A stretch of 64,000 nucleotides of DNA from Bigelowiella natans CCMP2755 (taxonomy: Eukaryota > Protista > Cercozoa), in NCBI GenBank assembly GCA_000320545.1, contig ADNK01002519.1:248001-312000 (forward strand). Direction: 5' to 3'. Under the pieces are notes generated by a model, which saw only the letters and a program-made list of their open reading frames with translations, had not been told where the DNA came from and did not search any database. Numbering within the stretch: position 1 is the first letter of the stretch; the number at the start of each line of letters is the position of its first letter. This document shows positions 61,176 to 64,000 of the stretch, piece by piece. The position numbers and the translations under genes are program-made.

Positions 61176-63755
61176 TAATATCATCTTCCCCACCCCCTGT
61201 ACCTTCTTAGTGCAGATGCCGCAAGAATCCATATAGGCGTCTACTCCATACTCGGTCACCGCCAACGGTTTGTCAGATGTTTTATTCACCTATAAACGAA
61301 CGTGGGAAGGCGAAGGGCACGAAGGGCTCAGAGAATAAACTCAACCGATACGACAACCATGCTTGCAGTCAGCATGGAGAGGAATGAGGAGGGGAAGGGG
61401 AGGGGAATGTAGCTACTTTCAATAGTTTTTCTTACCTGCAAGATAAAATCGTTCTTCCCTTCTCCAAAAGTTTTCCCACGGTATATTTGCGCTGCCCAAA
61501 GATCTGAAATAACAGAAAATTAGCTTCTTTGCTCCTCCTCCTCCTCCTCCTCCTTTTGCTTCTTGTTGTTATTATTACCGATATTGGGCATCCAATGGCC
61601 AAACCGATCTATCCTATCAGCTAGGTTGTCAATATCAGCGAAGGTACTCATGATCAATCGGTAGTTTTCCTGAGAGAGTTTATTCACACACCACACATCA
61701 GTCAATTAGGCCAGCACTATGGAAGAAGGGTTTATTGATGATTTTAGTAGTTAGAAAGGATGACGATAAGTTTCACTTCCATCTCCTTCTTCTTCTTTTC
61801 CTTTCCCCGGGTACTATTACAACCAACCTGTCCTAAGTTCTTATGAGCTAGCTCAGCGGCACGGTCAATCTGGCAGCAGCAGCACAAGGAAGAGTTGGCA
61901 AATAGTAAGAGTAAGAACACGGGAAGAATGATGATGCGGAGAAATGAGAGGGCGATGAAATCGAATGGAATCGCAAGTGAGATGAGCATTCGTGATTCTT
62001 AAAGTCGTCGTTACCCATTGGAACAGGTGCTTGTACAAACACGCGGTAGCGTTGTAGCACGGGCTAGTCTTGTTTTTGAAATCGAAGTTTCCACATCCCT
62101 GAGGCGCCGGTTGGGGCATCCAACCACACCCATATCTACATACGATGAATGAAAGAAAAGAGGAGGAGGAGGAGGAGGAGGAGGAGGAGGAGGAGGAGGA
62201 AAGATTGAGCAACAACAATCATTTCACCATTAGAATGCAATGGTGGCACTGCGGCTTAGTCAGAGAGTAGGGTGTCAGTCACTAACATTCCGTCTATTGC
62301 ATAGATGAAGCCGTTCCAGCCTCCGTTAATCTCGTTACCTTAAGTAATATTCACGATTCTGATGACGATGATGATGATGTTGATGATGTCGATGAAAATG
62401 CAAGCGGGGAAGGGGAGAGGGAAGAGAATAATGAGGAAGCTGAGGTTACCCTACTCACTCCTCCCACAATGAAGTGTGGCACTGTTTGACTACTATTTCT
62501 CCCTGAAGTCTAATCTAGTAGGCAGCATATTATAGGAAGTATACTACCGAAGGTCCAGCCAAGAATAGCAGGGTGATCTTTATACTTCCCTACCTGAAAA
62601 GAGAGAGAGAGAAAGTGAGGACGATGACGACCTCGTCATTAAAAGCAGCAGCTGCGTGCTAGATAGATACAGTACTGATATATCGTGTAGTTGTCTGTAC
62701 GATAATAAACCTGACGGCCGAAGTTCTGCGCGACTCTTTCCATGTCTTCCTTTGAAGTGATAGGGGTTTGCAGCGTGGACCCGAGAAAGTACGTGATTGT
62801 CACCTGAGATACATAATCACTTCACTTGGGGAAATAATACTCACGTTGCCTAGGGAAGATGTGGTCTCCTCGTTTCAAAATACAAATGGTAATCTACAAT
62901 CACCTCAACTTTATTACCTTGATGTTGTTCGAGTGCGCCATGTCAAGAAACTTAGAGTGGTCCCTCGTAGTATTCCACGCGTATCTGAAAATTTGCGAAT
63001 GTAAGAACTGTCCTTCAGCTCCCCAAAATGACATACCCCCCCCCCCCACCCCCACTCCTGACAAGCAATCCCCAGTACTTACGTCCGAACACTGTTTGCT
63101 CCCATAGCATTCAGTAGAGGTAGATCTCGCACCCAGAAAGCCGAGTACTCATCAGTAAAGTAATCTCCATATGGAGCACCGTATCTGAGATATTGGGTGG
63201 AGAGGAAAATGTTAATACATCTTTGAGGCATAATGAGAAGAGTTTCACTTACAATGGATCATCTCCCAGCGGAACAGGCGAATAAGCTACGCCCTTCACG
63301 AAGAAAGGCTCCCCATCTACGAAAAGCTTCTTCCCGCGCAGCTCGATGCCGCTCTTTGTTCCTTTGGTATTACGCGGTTTTGGAGGGGCGACGTGTTTGA
63401 CAACCGGATGATGATGAGAGTGTTTCCCTCCCTCATGCTGTGATGAACGATGATGCACCCCATGCGTTGAAGCTACTGTTTGTTTCGGATGCTTAGATGG
63501 CAGTTCCTTTTTTGCTACGCCTGCTGCTGCTTTAGGGTGCTCCTTTGGAGTGGGGGTAGGAGCTGGATTTGTGGCAGTGGTGGGGTTTGCAGAAACTGTA
63601 GGTTTTTCGGTGGTGGTTTGGATGATGGGTACCTCAGGATTAACGACCTTTGTTGCTGATTTATGAGCCATGGCATGATAGGTGTATTGACCAGCCTCAG
63701 CCACGTCTCCGCACCACGTAACCACAGCGAGGAGCCCAACTAACAGCTGCGTCAT
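59329..63755 (-). CDS. Secreted/membrane-anchored clan-A (GH2/GH5-like TIM-barrel) glycoside hydrolase
   Basis: Signal peptide and Pro/Thr/His-rich linker, then LFVDGEPFFVKGVAYSP, RDLPLLNAMGANSVR, YKDHPAILGWTFG | NE (acid/base), KPLAVTEYG (nucleophile), AWIDEAWK, NEGFFGI, and a C-terminal hydrophobic helix. Confidence 0.82.
61071..61172 (+). repeat. Poly-G tract followed by (GGA)n and (GA)n in a glycoside hydrolase intron
   Basis: About 40 near-consecutive G, directly visible. Confidence 0.9.
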
Positions 63756-64000
63756 CGGTGGGTAGGATAGGGGGAATGCAGTACAAACCGCGGATTGAGG
63801 AAAGAAAATAACTGACTACGGTCTGTAGGTTCAGTACTGGCTCAGGGCCAAATAGGGGACCACGAGGGGAGGCAACGTTCTTTCGTTCGCTTTCTTCTCA
63901 TACATACACACTTGATCGTTTTCAGACACAACCTGACAGAGAAAACGTAAATATATACGAAATTCCACCCTATTTTTGTGTAACGACTACTATATAATTT

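Overview
Gene-dense nuclear DNA from an intron-rich eukaryote with microsatellite-filled introns. A plastid SRP54 with a signal peptide plus transit peptide and an ARL6/BBS3 gene point to a flagellate alga with a complex (secondary) plastid; chlorarachniophyte-like is only a guess. About 15 protein genes can be reconstructed by hand: JmjC, RING-H2, SET methyltransferase, a GPC1-ACP-acyl-ACP-synthetase fusion, a tricarboxylate-type mitochondrial carrier, an unknown membrane protein, striatin, VPS29, ECM29, an unknown protein, ARL6, a C2H2 zinc-finger protein, an mPGES2-like GST, cpSRP54 and a clan-A glycoside hydrolase. One young Ty3/gypsy LTR element is also present. Three things stand out. 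(1) A three-domain lipid-acylation enzyme: a eukaryotic GPC1/DUF2838 acyltransferase fused, inside one exon, to a carrier-protein domain and a bacterial Aas-type adenylation domain. (2) Intergenic islands that are strongly TpA-depleted, with surviving TAs almost only in CTA/TAG context, suggesting a targeted TpA->TpG/CpA mutation process. (3) A gypsy element with identical LTRs and intact gag-PR-RT-RH but no integrase catalytic core. Exon boundaries were read by eye and are approximate unless stated.
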